A DNA stretch of 64,000 nucleotides from Candidatus Levyibacteriota bacterium. GTDB taxonomy: Bacteria > Patescibacteriota > Microgenomatia > Levybacterales > UBA12049. Shown one piece after another: positions 1 through 8,690 of the stretch. The DNA lies in assembly GCA_016214555.1 (NCBI GenBank), contig JACROF010000012.1, positions 203,485 to 267,484 of the forward strand, written 5' to 3'. How positions within the stretch are numbered: the first letter of the stretch is position 1; each line of letters begins with the position of its first letter. The translations under genes and the position numbers were made by a program. The notes below the pieces were generated by a model. It ran no database searches. It saw nothing but the letters and a program-made list of their open reading frames with translations, and was not told the origin of the DNA.

Positions 1-142
1 CTTTAAGATCAAAATTATTTAAATTTGAAGTATTGCCGAGCAGTGCCCCAAGAGCATTTGCTATTTCATAGCGGCAGATTCGAAGACGTATCTCTTCAAT
101 TAGACAGCTTAGAAATTTGCAGGAGTACCGCAATTTTCTAAG

Positions 143-213
143 CTGCCGAGCAGGGATTCGAACCCCAATAAACGGATCCAGAATCCGTTGTCCTACCATT
201 AGACGACTCGGCA
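143..213 (-). tRNA. tRNA-Gln (anticodon CUG)
   Basis: Hand-folded cloverleaf on minus strand: acceptor TGCCGAG/CTCGGCA with U1:A72 and G73 discriminator (typical of tRNA-Gln), D-arm GTC..GAC, anticodon stem ACGGA/TCCGT with loop TTCTGGA (U33, CUG, purine 37), T-arm with TTCGAAT loop. No encoded CCA. Confidence 0.8.
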
Positions 214-263
214 TTGTTTTTAAGAATAGTTTCCTCAACTGTATTTTAGTAGTTTATTGTTTT

Positions 264-323
264 TTCTACCATTAGACCCGCCTCGACTCGCTAGCTCGTC
301 AACGCGAGGCGGGCGACTCGGCA
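264..323 (-). pseudogene. Partial duplicate of tRNA-Gln 5' end (acceptor+D-arm, ~23 nt) interrupted by a 36-nt GC-rich hairpin (CCCGCCTCG...CGAGGCGGG)
   Basis: Read on the minus strand, 314-323 repeats the first 10 nt of the tRNA-Gln 5' end (plus cgactcggca = 204-213) and 266-277 repeats the following D-arm 12-mer (plus ctaccattagac), with a 36-nt perfect 9-bp-stem hairpin between them. The copy lies 5' of the intact tRNA on the same strand. Confidence 0.55.
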
Positions 324-364
324 ATATGAGTCAGACAATTTTACCAAAAATACGAAGTAAATTA

Positions 365-1498
365 CTAGCTTCGTTTCTTAAGCGAAGATTTTTCTTTTTG
401 AAAGAGTTTGTCTCTAAATGTATCGAGGGGGTTCTCGATAAAGAGCATGAGAAGTATGGATCCTATGATAGCGACAAGGATCGCTGCAAGAAATGATACG
501 GATGGCGAGATAAAAGAAATATTTTGAAAAAGTTTGATGAAAAAAATATGAGAGACAAAGAGAGGATAGGATATACCACCAATAAATGCGTCAATAGCAC
601 TTTTCTTACTGATGATAAAAATTGAGGGAATAGCTAGGGTCAGAAAAAGATAATAAGGAAAAGTTGTCATGTCGTAAATATGCGCAGGGGAGCTGTGGGG
701 AAGTATCGTGTAGAGAACAATGTAAACAATTGTTATTCCACTTATTATCTTATGATAGATTGGCGGTATTGAGAGCTTATGCATTTTTTTGTAAAGATAA
801 TAAGAGCCAATTCCTAAAAGGAAAAAAACAAAATATTCAAAAAATCGGTAAGTGAGCGTTGGCTGCTCCATGTGATGATAAAGATGAAAATAACCAAAAA
901 ATAATAAAAGATAAAGAATAGAAAGTATCACTAGAAATTTTTTCTTCATGTAAAAAAGAAATGGAACAATAAGATAAAAAAGCAATTCAATTTGTAGTGA
1001 CCATGCTTGTTGAATAATCAAAAATCCTGGACCTCTTGATCCTACAGAAAAATAATCAGTTGTAAGTAGTAGGGTAAGGTTTCGAAAAATAAAGTTAATT
1101 GTCTCTAGTCCTTCATGTGTCGTTTGTGGGAGAAAAAAAAGATAATGGGTAATTGCATTGTCAGGAGTGCCAATATGGAAAAAATATTTTATGATGCTTG
1201 ATCCAACGGTTAAAAAAAGAACAACAAAATACAGCGGATATATTCTTAGGAATCGATTGGTAATAAAAGTTTTATATCTCTTTTTAAGTGGGCGATATTT
1301 TGTGTCCAGAACAAGAGACATGTAAAAGCCAGAGATAATAAAAAATGAAACAACAGCAAGAGATTGGTGGAAGAAGCGAAAATTTGTCAGATTATCACTA
1401 TGAAAAGAAACAACGCTTAAAGCAAGAAGAAATCTCACAAATCCCATAAAACTGATTATATACTGTTTTGAGATAAAATTTATAGAAGAGATGAACAC
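365..1498 (-). CDS. Acyltransferase family 3 (OafA/YrhL-like) integral membrane O-acyltransferase
   Basis: 377 aa, ~10 TM segments. N-terminal FHSDNL...F.ISGF region and central QQAWSLQIELLFYLIVP resemble the AT3 family AWSLSVE motif. Confidence 0.65.
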   Translation of the reverse strand: MFISSINFISKQYIISFMGFVRFLLALSVVSFHSDNLTNFRFFHQSLAVVSFFIISGFYMSLVLDTKYRPLKKRYKTFITNRFLRIYPLYFVVLFLTVGSSIIKYFFHIGTPDNAITHYLFFLPQTTHEGLETINFIFRNLTLLLTTDYFSVGSRGPGFLIIQQAWSLQIELLFYLIVPFLFYMKKKFLVILSILYLLLFFGYFHLYHHMEQPTLTYRFFEYFVFFLLGIGSYYLYKKMHKLSIPPIYHKIISGITIVYIVLYTILPHSSPAHIYDMTTFPYYLFLTLAIPSIFIISKKSAIDAFIGGISYPLFVSHIFFIKLFQNISFISPSVSFLAAILVAIIGSILLMLFIENPLDTFRDKLFQKEKSSLKKRS

Positions 1499-1587
1499 TT
1501 TCTGTATTCATAATTAGCCTCGATTTGTCTATTTTGGCCCTCTATATTTGCATTTTTTACGTGTTTTTGATACAGTTGGAACTTCGA

Positions 1588-2460
1588 ATGCGACAAAGCG
1601 CACATAGTCTACGCTTGGCCGTGTCCCTTCTTCTTGGGGCAATGTTTGTCATTCCTGTGGCTTCGACAGCGTCTGCTGCAGGCTCAATTCAACTTTTAAC
1701 TGCATCTCCAATCCCATCTCAAGTAGAATCTGAACTATGCGTTAGAGAGATTCCAAATACTCTCCAAAATTTACCTTTAAGTCTTGTTCCAGAGCAGTTC
1801 CAGCGTGTTGAAACGACTATTGCCAACGCTGTTATCATATCGCAACCAAAAGATAGTCTTGTGAGATCATTTTCTCCTACTCAGACAATCATGACCAAAG
1901 TTGGTCCAGAAGATGTAGAAGAAATAGTTACTGTAACACCAGCTCCATTGCCTGTCGTATCACCAATTATTGCTGCTTCACAGACTGCTATTGATTCACA
2001 GGTTGGATCAGGTAGTAATCTTAGCGCAGAGGTTCTTTATAGTATTGTAAATAGCTATAGAGCACAGGTGGGACTCCCAGCTTTTCAGAAAGACGAGAGA
2101 ATTTGTTCTGTTGCAGCATCTCGTGCTCCAGAGCTTGATGGTGAGATCTGGGTAACACACACAATGCATGCAGGTTTCCATGCGCGAAGTCTTCCTTACT
2201 GGGCGACAGAGAATGTTATCAGTATGCGTACAGAGCAAGAGGCTTTGACTTGGTGGCTTAATTCCCCAGTGCATAGAGCAGCACTACTTGGCAATTGGAA
2301 ATATGCATGTATTGCTTGTAGTGGAAAAAGTTGTGGCATGATTTTTACGAACTTTGATCCAAAAATTGCAGTAGTTACCCCAGTTCCTACCACGCCTACT
2401 CCTCAATCAGCAGGTTCAGCTCCATCTGCAGCCCAGACAGTTACCTCAATAGTTAAATAA
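1588..2460 (+). CDS. Secreted CAP/SCP (PR-1/YkwD-like) domain protein with Pro/Thr-rich tail
   Basis: Signal-peptide-like N-terminus (MRQSAHSLRLAVSLLLGAMFVIPVASTASA) if started at the internal Met (ORF track starts at 1525). C-terminal half matches the CAP-domain pattern (YR...GLP.....L...A..RA......H......EN......W..S..H..ALLG..KYACIAC). Ends in PVPTTPTP linker. Confidence 0.6.
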   Translation: MRQSAHSLRLAVSLLLGAMFVIPVASTASAAGSIQLLTASPIPSQVESELCVREIPNTLQNLPLSLVPEQFQRVETTIANAVIISQPKDSLVRSFSPTQTIMTKVGPEDVEEIVTVTPAPLPVVSPIIAASQTAIDSQVGSGSNLSAEVLYSIVNSYRAQVGLPAFQKDERICSVAASRAPELDGEIWVTHTMHAGFHARSLPYWATENVISMRTEQEALTWWLNSPVHRAALLGNWKYACIACSGKSCGMIFTNFDPKIAVVTPVPTTPTPQSAGSAPSAAQTVTSIVK

Positions 2461-2494
2461 TTATCATTTCCCCACTTTGTGATAGAATCACAGC

Positions 2495-3730
2495 ATGAAT
2501 CTTGCTGCGCGAATGCGTCCTCAGACTCTCTCTGACTATGTAGGTCAGGAGGAATTAGTCGGTCAGGGAAAATTGATCCGTCGAATGATTGAGTCTGATA
2601 GCCTTTCAAGTATTATTCTTTGGGGACCTCCGGGAAGTGGTAAGACGACGCTTGCTTCTATCATCGCTCATGAGACAGATAGTGATTTTCATATGCCTTC
2701 AGCTGTATCAACAGGCAAAGAAGATCTCCAAAAAATTATCAAAATAGCTAAAGAACACACTCTTTTTAAAAAAAAGACAATTTTATTTCTTGATGAGATT
2801 CATAGATGGAATAAAGCTCAGCAAGATGTATTGCTTCCTTATGTCGAAACAGGCCTTGTTACTCTCATTGGGGCCACGACTGAAAATCCCTCATTTGAAG
2901 TAAATAGCGCTCTTCTGTCAAGATGTAAAGTTTTTGTACTCAAAGGATTATCTCAAGATGATTTGAGCAAAATTATTGATCGAAGTCTAAAAGACAAAGA
3001 AATAGGTATGGGAGAGCATAAAAAATCGATCAAAAAAGATGCGCAAGAACTTCTTATTCGTCTTTCAGGTGGTGATGCAAGAGTGGTGCTTAATGCCATC
3101 GAGATGGCAGTAATAAATTTTCCTTCGACAAGCTCAGGACAAGTAAAGAAAAAAGATAATGAGATTACCGTTGATATTATAAGGGAGATTTTTCAGACCA
3201 GGACTGCCGGTCTCTACGATAAAAAAGCAGATGAGCATTACAATATTATTTCAGCATTTATCAAATCAGTCAGAGGATCAGACCCTGATGCAGCGCTTTA
3301 TTATTTAATGAGGATGCTTGAGAACGGTGAGGACCCAAAATTTATTGCAAGGCGAATGATTATTTTGGCCTCTGAAGACATTGGTCTTGCAGATCGCGGC
3401 GCTTTGATTCAGGCAAATGCAGGATTTGAGGCTGTCAATAAAATAGGTATGCCAGAGGCGCAGCTTATTCTCTCCCATATCTGTCTTTACCTTGCTACTG
3501 CTAAAAAGTCACGAAGTGTACCAAATGCTATGACAAAAGCCAAAGAAGCTGTGTATCAGTATCCTAACGAGCCTGTTCCTCTACACCTGCGTAATGCACC
3601 GACTAAGCTTATGAAAGAGTTGGGATATGCCAAAGAGTATGAGTGGTCTGAGGAAAAAGTAGGACCTGCCTCAGAAGATCTCGGTTTTCTTCCAGAGAAG
3701 TTAAAGGGGAAGAAGTTTTATAGAGAGTAA
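2495..3730 (+). CDS. rarA: Replication-associated recombination protein A (RarA/MgsA, AAA+ ATPase)
   Basis: MRPQTLSDYVGQEELVG...ILWGPPGSGKTTLA Walker A, LFLDEIHR Walker B/sensor, C-terminal MgsA helical domain motifs (PVPLHLRNAPTKLMKELGY). Confidence 0.9.
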   Translation: MNLAARMRPQTLSDYVGQEELVGQGKLIRRMIESDSLSSIILWGPPGSGKTTLASIIAHETDSDFHMPSAVSTGKEDLQKIIKIAKEHTLFKKKTILFLDEIHRWNKAQQDVLLPYVETGLVTLIGATTENPSFEVNSALLSRCKVFVLKGLSQDDLSKIIDRSLKDKEIGMGEHKKSIKKDAQELLIRLSGGDARVVLNAIEMAVINFPSTSSGQVKKKDNEITVDIIREIFQTRTAGLYDKKADEHYNIISAFIKSVRGSDPDAALYYLMRMLENGEDPKFIARRMIILASEDIGLADRGALIQANAGFEAVNKIGMPEAQLILSHICLYLATAKKSRSVPNAMTKAKEAVYQYPNEPVPLHLRNAPTKLMKELGYAKEYEWSEEKVGPASEDLGFLPEKLKGKKFYRE

Positions 3731-3742
3731 TTTTATTTTCTT

Positions 3743-3793
3743 TAGGGGTGAAACCCCTAATTTTGGCTTGCTTCTAGGGGTTTCACCCCTAAA
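3743..3793. repeat. REP-like palindromic element copy 1: TAGGGGTGAAACCCCTAA-14nt-TAGGGGTTTCACCCCTAAA
   Basis: Two 18-nt arms that are exact reverse complements of each other. Each arm is itself a small hairpin (GGGGT-GAA-ACCCC). Lies between convergent genes rarA and the 3840 ORF, so it likely also acts as a bidirectional terminator. A second near-identical copy is at 5142-5192. Confidence 0.75.
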
Positions 3794-3839
3794 AAGAACA
3801 AAGCATATAAGTGTTGTTTTAAAATGGGTGGAATCGCTC

Positions 3840-4139
3840 TTAGGAGCGATTCCACTGTGCATCCAATTTTCTGTCAATTGCAGCTCGGTGCTCTTTTACA
3901 AAGAGCATGAGATCTGCGTAATATTCAAGACAGGCGATCTGCTCTTCTGTGAACCAGGGGAGCCTAATTCGGTCTTCAACGATGATTAGGTAAGCTCTCC
4001 GAAAGGATACTTCAGAATCAGGCATGTCAGGATGCCAGTCTTCAGGGAGTTTTGTTGAAAGAGACACTTCCTCGTAAGACATGGGATGTCCCATGCTGCG
4101 GGCTATTTCAACAAGTTCATGAAGAAGCAGTTGATCCAT
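3840..4139 (-). CDS. Hypothetical small cytoplasmic protein (99 aa)
   Basis: Complete ORF with canonical AGGAGG 7 nt upstream of the ATG at 4139. No recognisable family. Confidence 0.5.
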   Translation of the reverse strand: MDQLLLHELVEIARSMGHPMSYEEVSLSTKLPEDWHPDMPDSEVSFRRAYLIIVEDRIRLPWFTEEQIACLEYYADLMLFVKEHRAAIDRKLDAQWNRS

Positions 4140-4383
4140 CAGACTCCTCCTTTTGGTTCCTGTTGTATGACCAGGTTGCCCATGCTCGAAGAGAGATCAT
4201 GAGAATTAGTCCGCCAATGACTGCAAGATAGAAGTTCCATGGTTCGTTAAGTCCAATTAAGGAAAGGAATCCATAGAGAGCGATCGAAAACAAGATGACA
4301 CTAGCTATGGTTATGGTCTGAAATATCATGATAATGAATTGATCTTTCTGTTTATAAAGAAAGCTTTTTATTTTCGAGAACAT
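4117..4383 (-). CDS. Hypothetical small membrane protein (2 TM, ~88 aa)
   Basis: Internal Met (MFSKIKSF..) is preceded by AAAAGGAGG at optimal spacing, so the true start is 4383, not 4446. Two hydrophobic helices. Its 3' end overlaps the downstream ORF start by 23 nt. Confidence 0.5.
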   Translation of the reverse strand: MFSKIKSFLYKQKDQFIIMIFQTITIASVILFSIALYGFLSLIGLNEPWNFYLAVIGGLILMISLRAWATWSYNRNQKEESDGSTASS

Positions 4384-4497
4384 ACAATGCCTCCTTTTAC
4401 TTATATGCTTTGTCAAGGTGCAAGTCCGAAAACGAACTTTGTGCATATTATAGTCTGATATTCTAGGATTGCAATTAGATGCGAAGATAAAAGAGGA

Positions 4498-5130
4498 TTA
4501 TTGTTTGCCTCTATTTTGATTTATCGAGCGTACTTTTTTGGATACTATAGCGCCATTATTGTCGAGGTTGTATAGGTATACTTCGCCAGTTGCTATTTCA
4601 AATTTTGGAATATTTTCATCAGAGATATTATCAAGATACTTGATAAGTGCCCTAAGGGAATTTCCGTGAGCGCAGATTAGAATATTTTTTCCAGCAATAA
4701 GTTGAGGAAGAATTTCTTCTTTAAAATATGGTAGCACACGGTCATAAACGTCTTTTAGAGATTCTCCATGTGGAGGAGGGAAGTCCCAACTCCTTCGATA
4801 TTTCATAAATAGTCCCTCGCCAAGTTCTTTTTGCATCTCCCATTTGTTTTTACCAGTCAGATCTCCATAGTCCCTTTCTGATATAGCAGAAGAAATGATT
4901 TCTTGGAGTAAAGGATTACGCAGTGTCGATTTAATTATTTCTAGAGTCTTTTTTGCTCGAATAAGATTTGAGGTATAGGCAGTGTCAAATGAAAGATCAG
5001 CAATGGCTTCTCCAGCTTTTTTTGCTTCCTCTTCTCCTTGAGGGGTGAGAGGGACATCTGTTTTTCCTGCCCAAACCCCTTTTTCGTTGTAAGTTGATTG
5101 TCCGTGTCTGACTAGTGCGAGGTACGCCAT
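4498..5130 (-). CDS. gpmA: Histidine-phosphatase superfamily, 2,3-bisphosphoglycerate-dependent phosphoglycerate mutase-like
   Basis: N-terminal LVRHGQSTYN catalytic RHG motif, ...LT.QG..EA, C-terminal ICAHGNSLRAL (second catalytic His). 210 aa. Adjacent to eno, consistent with a glycolytic operon. Confidence 0.8.
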   Translation of the reverse strand: MAYLALVRHGQSTYNEKGVWAGKTDVPLTPQGEEEAKKAGEAIADLSFDTAYTSNLIRAKKTLEIIKSTLRNPLLQEIISSAISERDYGDLTGKNKWEMQKELGEGLFMKYRRSWDFPPPHGESLKDVYDRVLPYFKEEILPQLIAGKNILICAHGNSLRALIKYLDNISDENIPKFEIATGEVYLYNLDNNGAIVSKKVRSINQNRGKQ

Positions 5131-5141
5131 ATAGTTTTTTT

Positions 5142-5192
5142 TAGGGGTGAAACCCCTAAAATCAGTTTGTTTCTAGGGGTTTCACCCCTAAA
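5142..5192. repeat. REP-like palindromic element copy 2 (same 18-nt arms, 13-nt spacer)
   Basis: TAGGGGTGAAACCCCTAAA-13nt-TAGGGGTTTCACCCCTAAA in the eno-gpmA intercistronic spacer. Arms are identical to copy 1 at 3743-3793. Confidence 0.75.
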
Positions 5193-6471
5193 GCAGCGCA
5201 TTTCTGCCTGTAAAGACTGCATTATCACCAAGTTGTTCCTCAATTCGAAGCAGCTCGTTGTATTTAGCCATTCTTTCTGATCTCGAAAGAGAGCCTGTTT
5301 TGATTTGACCAGTATTTAATCCTACAGCCAGGTGAGAAATCGTCGTATCTTCTGTTTCCCCTGAGCGGTGAGAGATAATTGCCTTCCACCCAGCTTTTTG
5401 TGCTGTCTGAACAGCTTTGATGGTTTCAGTCAAAGTACCGATCTGGTTTAGTTTTATTAGTACTGCATTTGCTTCTTTTTCGGCTATGCCTTTCTCAATT
5501 CTTTTTGGATCAGTAACAAAAAGATCATCTCCAACAAGTTGTGTTCCATTGCCAGTAAGATGAGTGAGTTTTTTCCACCCCTCAAAATCATCTTCTGCTA
5601 ATCCATCCTCAATCGAGACCAAAGGATAATCTTTAGTCATTTCAAGAAGCCAACCAATAAAAGAATCAGTATCAAGGGATTTATTTTCGGTTTTTAATAC
5701 ATAATTGTTGTTTTCCACTAACTCTGATGCAGCGACATCGAGTCCAAGAACAATGTCTTTTCCCAGATCATAGCCTGATTTTTGGATTGCATGAGAGATA
5801 AGATCAAGCGCTTCTTTATTCCCTCCCTTAACATGGGGTGCATACCCTCCTTCGTCTCCGACTGTTGTAGCATAATTTTTTTCTAATAATATTTTTCCTA
5901 AAACATGAAAAACATTTGAACCCATCTCAAGAGCTTGTGAGAAATTTCCAGCTCCAATCGGAAGAATCATGAACTCCTGAATATCGGTGGATCCAGAGGC
6001 ATGTTTGCCACCGTTTATGATATTCATCATGGGGAGAGGAAGCGAAAATTTACTATTTCCGACCATGCTTCCAAAGTATTGGTAGAGAGGTATATGTTGT
6101 GATATGGCCTCGGCTTTGGCAGCAGCAAGTGAGACAGAGAGGATTGCATTTGCACCTAAATGTGATTTATTTTCCGTTCCGTCAAGCTCTGTCATTCTTT
6201 CATCGAGTTCTTTTTGATTGGCCAAATTCTTCCCTATGATCTCCTGAGCAATTGTCGTGTTTACATTATTAACAGCCTGGTGAACACTTTTACCCTGGTA
6301 TTGACCAGGATCATTGTCTCGAAGTTCTAAAGCTTCATGAGTGCCTGTGGAGGATCCAGATGGTACTGCAGCGCGGCCCTGGGACCCATCTTCAAGTGTG
6401 ACATCTGTCTCAACAGTGGGAAAGCCTCGAGAATCCAGGATTTGCCGAGCGTGGATGTGGGAGATTTTCAT
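5188..6471 (-). CDS. eno: Enolase (phosphopyruvate hydratase)
   Basis: MKISHIHARQILDSRGFPTVE..., SGSSTGTHEALELRD, and the canonical C-terminal IKLNQIGTLTET...SHRSGETEDTTI enolase signature. Confidence 0.95.
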   Translation of the reverse strand: MKISHIHARQILDSRGFPTVETDVTLEDGSQGRAAVPSGSSTGTHEALELRDNDPGQYQGKSVHQAVNNVNTTIAQEIIGKNLANQKELDERMTELDGTENKSHLGANAILSVSLAAAKAEAISQHIPLYQYFGSMVGNSKFSLPLPMMNIINGGKHASGSTDIQEFMILPIGAGNFSQALEMGSNVFHVLGKILLEKNYATTVGDEGGYAPHVKGGNKEALDLISHAIQKSGYDLGKDIVLGLDVAASELVENNNYVLKTENKSLDTDSFIGWLLEMTKDYPLVSIEDGLAEDDFEGWKKLTHLTGNGTQLVGDDLFVTDPKRIEKGIAEKEANAVLIKLNQIGTLTETIKAVQTAQKAGWKAIISHRSGETEDTTISHLAVGLNTGQIKTGSLSRSERMAKYNELLRIEEQLGDNAVFTGRNALL

Positions 6472-6783
6472 TATGAGATTATTATACTGTGATAAGGAGA
6501 AATAACAAGATGAGAGTTGTTTTATGAGGGAAAAGAAGGTATAATGGATAAATAATATAGGACTCTGCTGGGGTTTTAGGCAGAGTTTTTGTTTTTATAT
6601 GTTTGCTGCTGTTCTTTTCTTTCGAGAAAAGAACCAAAAGCTTACTGCTAATGAACGATCGCTAGATTCTTTCGCTCGCTAATCGGGTAATAACACCCCT
6701 TCCGGTCATTCGCCGGGTTTCCCCTGATAGCTCGCTCTAGAATCTTTTACGCGCTGCGTTCGACGCAGAGAACTACATTAATT

Positions 6784-8598
6784 ATGAACATACGAAATAT
6801 TGCTATTATTGCTCACGTTGATCACGGAAAGACAACGCTTGTGGACGCACTTCTCCGCCAGTCAAAGACTAAGCTTGATAAAGACATTGAAGGTTCTGAT
6901 CTTATCATGGATAGTAACGAGCTGGAGCGAGAGCGAGGTATTACTATTTTTAGTAAAAATGCGTCTGTTGTCTGGCAGGGAACTAAGATTAATATCATTG
7001 ATACACCAGGGCACGCTGATTTTGGTGGAGAAGTAGAGCGAGTGCTTACTATGGCAGATGGATGTTTGCTTCTTATCGATGCCAAAGAAGGTCCTATGCC
7101 TCAGACTCGTTTTGTGCTCAAGCAAGCTCTTGCAAAAAAACTTCGAATTATCGTTGTTGTGAATAAAATTGATCGACCTGATGCACGAATTCATCATGTT
7201 TTGGACAAAACTCTTGATTTATTTTTAGAACTTGGTGCAGATGATGCAACTGCTGATTTTCCCATCGTGTATGCCAGTGGTAAAGAGGGAAAAGCTGGAC
7301 TTGAACCCGATCTTTCAACGATGACTGACATTGCCCCTGTTTTTGATGCAATTTTAGAGCATATTCCAGCCCCCAGCGGAGATCCGACAAAGCCTCTTCA
7401 GATGCTTATGACAACAATGAGTAGTGATTCATTTAAGGGACGTATTGCTATTGGACGTATTTACAACGGTAGTATTAAAGCTGGCCAGGATGTCATGCAT
7501 ATCAATCGCCAGGGCGAGATGAAAAAATATAGACTCGTTTCTATGATGACCTTTGAAGGGCTCAATAGAGTTGATATCAAAGAAGCAGAGGCCGGGGATA
7601 TCGTAGCTATCTCAGGTATTCCTGATATCACCATTGGTGAAACGATCGCTGATGTTGCGAACCCAATCGCACTGCCACTTTTGAATATAGAAGAGCCAAC
7701 AGTCAAAATGACTTTTAGCGTCAATACTTCGCCATTTGCAGGTCAGGAGGGTGAATTTAAGACTTCCCGTCAGATAAGAGAGAGGCTTTATAAAGAATTG
7801 GAGACTGACATGGCACTTCGCATTGAAGATCTTCCAACTGGTGAGTGGAATGTGTCAGGGCGAGGCGAGCTGCACTTAGCGATCCTTATAGAGCGGCTGC
7901 GACGTGAGGGATATGAATTTCAGGTTGGTCGTCCACAAGTTATTGAAAAAACTGTTGATGGTGCAAAAATGACACCATATGAACAGCTTTTTCTAGAAGT
8001 CACCGATGAGTACTCAGGTGTTGTTATGCAGCAACTTGGTGGTCGGCGTGGAGAGCTTAAGAATATGTACTCTGACGACAACGGTATTACCTCGTTTGAA
8101 TTCCTCATCGCTACAAAGGATCTTTTTGGCTATCGATCAGAATTTATTACCGATACCAAAGGTCTTGGGATCATGAATGTTTCATTTGACAGCTATAAGC
8201 AAAGTGTTGGTGAGGTCAGGACAAGAGATAGAGGATCGCTTGTTGCATTTGAGAGCGGTGTAACAACGCTCTATGGCCTCACAGGTATTCAGGATAGGGG
8301 AGATCTTTTCATAGGTCCTGCAACACAAGTCTACAAAGGACAAATTGTTGGGCAGCATTCAAGGCCTGATGATCTGAGAGTAAACGTATGCAAAACAAAA
8401 CAGCTCTCCAACATGCGCTCAAAAGGTGATGGTACTATGGAGCATTTCAACGTCCCACATGTTATGGGTCTTGAGGAAGCGCTTGAGTATATAGGGGATG
8501 ATGAATTAGTAGAAGTAACACCCCAGAATGTCAGAATGAGAAAGAAAATCTTGGATGAAGTCGAAGAACGACGCAAAAAAGCTCAGGGCCTCTTATAA
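6784..8598 (+). CDS. typA: Translational GTPase TypA/BipA
   Basis: IRNIAIIAHVDHGKTTLVDALL G1 motif, DTPGHADFGGEVER G3 motif, NKIDR G4 motif; 604 aa with EF-G-like domain order. Confidence 0.95.
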   Translation: MNIRNIAIIAHVDHGKTTLVDALLRQSKTKLDKDIEGSDLIMDSNELERERGITIFSKNASVVWQGTKINIIDTPGHADFGGEVERVLTMADGCLLLIDAKEGPMPQTRFVLKQALAKKLRIIVVVNKIDRPDARIHHVLDKTLDLFLELGADDATADFPIVYASGKEGKAGLEPDLSTMTDIAPVFDAILEHIPAPSGDPTKPLQMLMTTMSSDSFKGRIAIGRIYNGSIKAGQDVMHINRQGEMKKYRLVSMMTFEGLNRVDIKEAEAGDIVAISGIPDITIGETIADVANPIALPLLNIEEPTVKMTFSVNTSPFAGQEGEFKTSRQIRERLYKELETDMALRIEDLPTGEWNVSGRGELHLAILIERLRREGYEFQVGRPQVIEKTVDGAKMTPYEQLFLEVTDEYSGVVMQQLGGRRGELKNMYSDDNGITSFEFLIATKDLFGYRSEFITDTKGLGIMNVSFDSYKQSVGEVRTRDRGSLVAFESGVTTLYGLTGIQDRGDLFIGPATQVYKGQIVGQHSRPDDLRVNVCKTKQLSNMRSKGDGTMEHFNVPHVMGLEEALEYIGDDELVEVTPQNVRMRKKILDEVEERRKKAQGLL

Positions 8599-8690
8599 TT
8601 AAGGTTATCTAAGTGATTTTTCTGTAATTTGTATACACTTCTATTTCACCTCTTGATTTACAAAATCTTCTTTGTGTATAGTTAGTACTT

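Noticed and set aside
33-42. 10-nt match (tgccgagcag) to the 3' acceptor/T-arm junction of tRNA-Gln, 100 nt downstream of the tRNA
   Set aside because: A single 10-mer match is within chance expectation for a 64-kb window on two strands. Flanking bases do not extend the match.
257-496. 79-aa plus-strand ORF covering the tRNA-Gln fragment/hairpin and the 3' end of the acyltransferase gene
   Set aside because: It runs antisense to the end of a well-supported gene and across a GC hairpin. Low-complexity product; no RBS.
6800-8576. Multiple 60-110-aa ORFs inside typA on both strands (e.g. 6800-7036, 6862-7197, 7461-7724, 8331-8576)
   Set aside because: They are nested within a highly confident conserved gene. 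Their products are low-complexity, typical of shadow ORFs.
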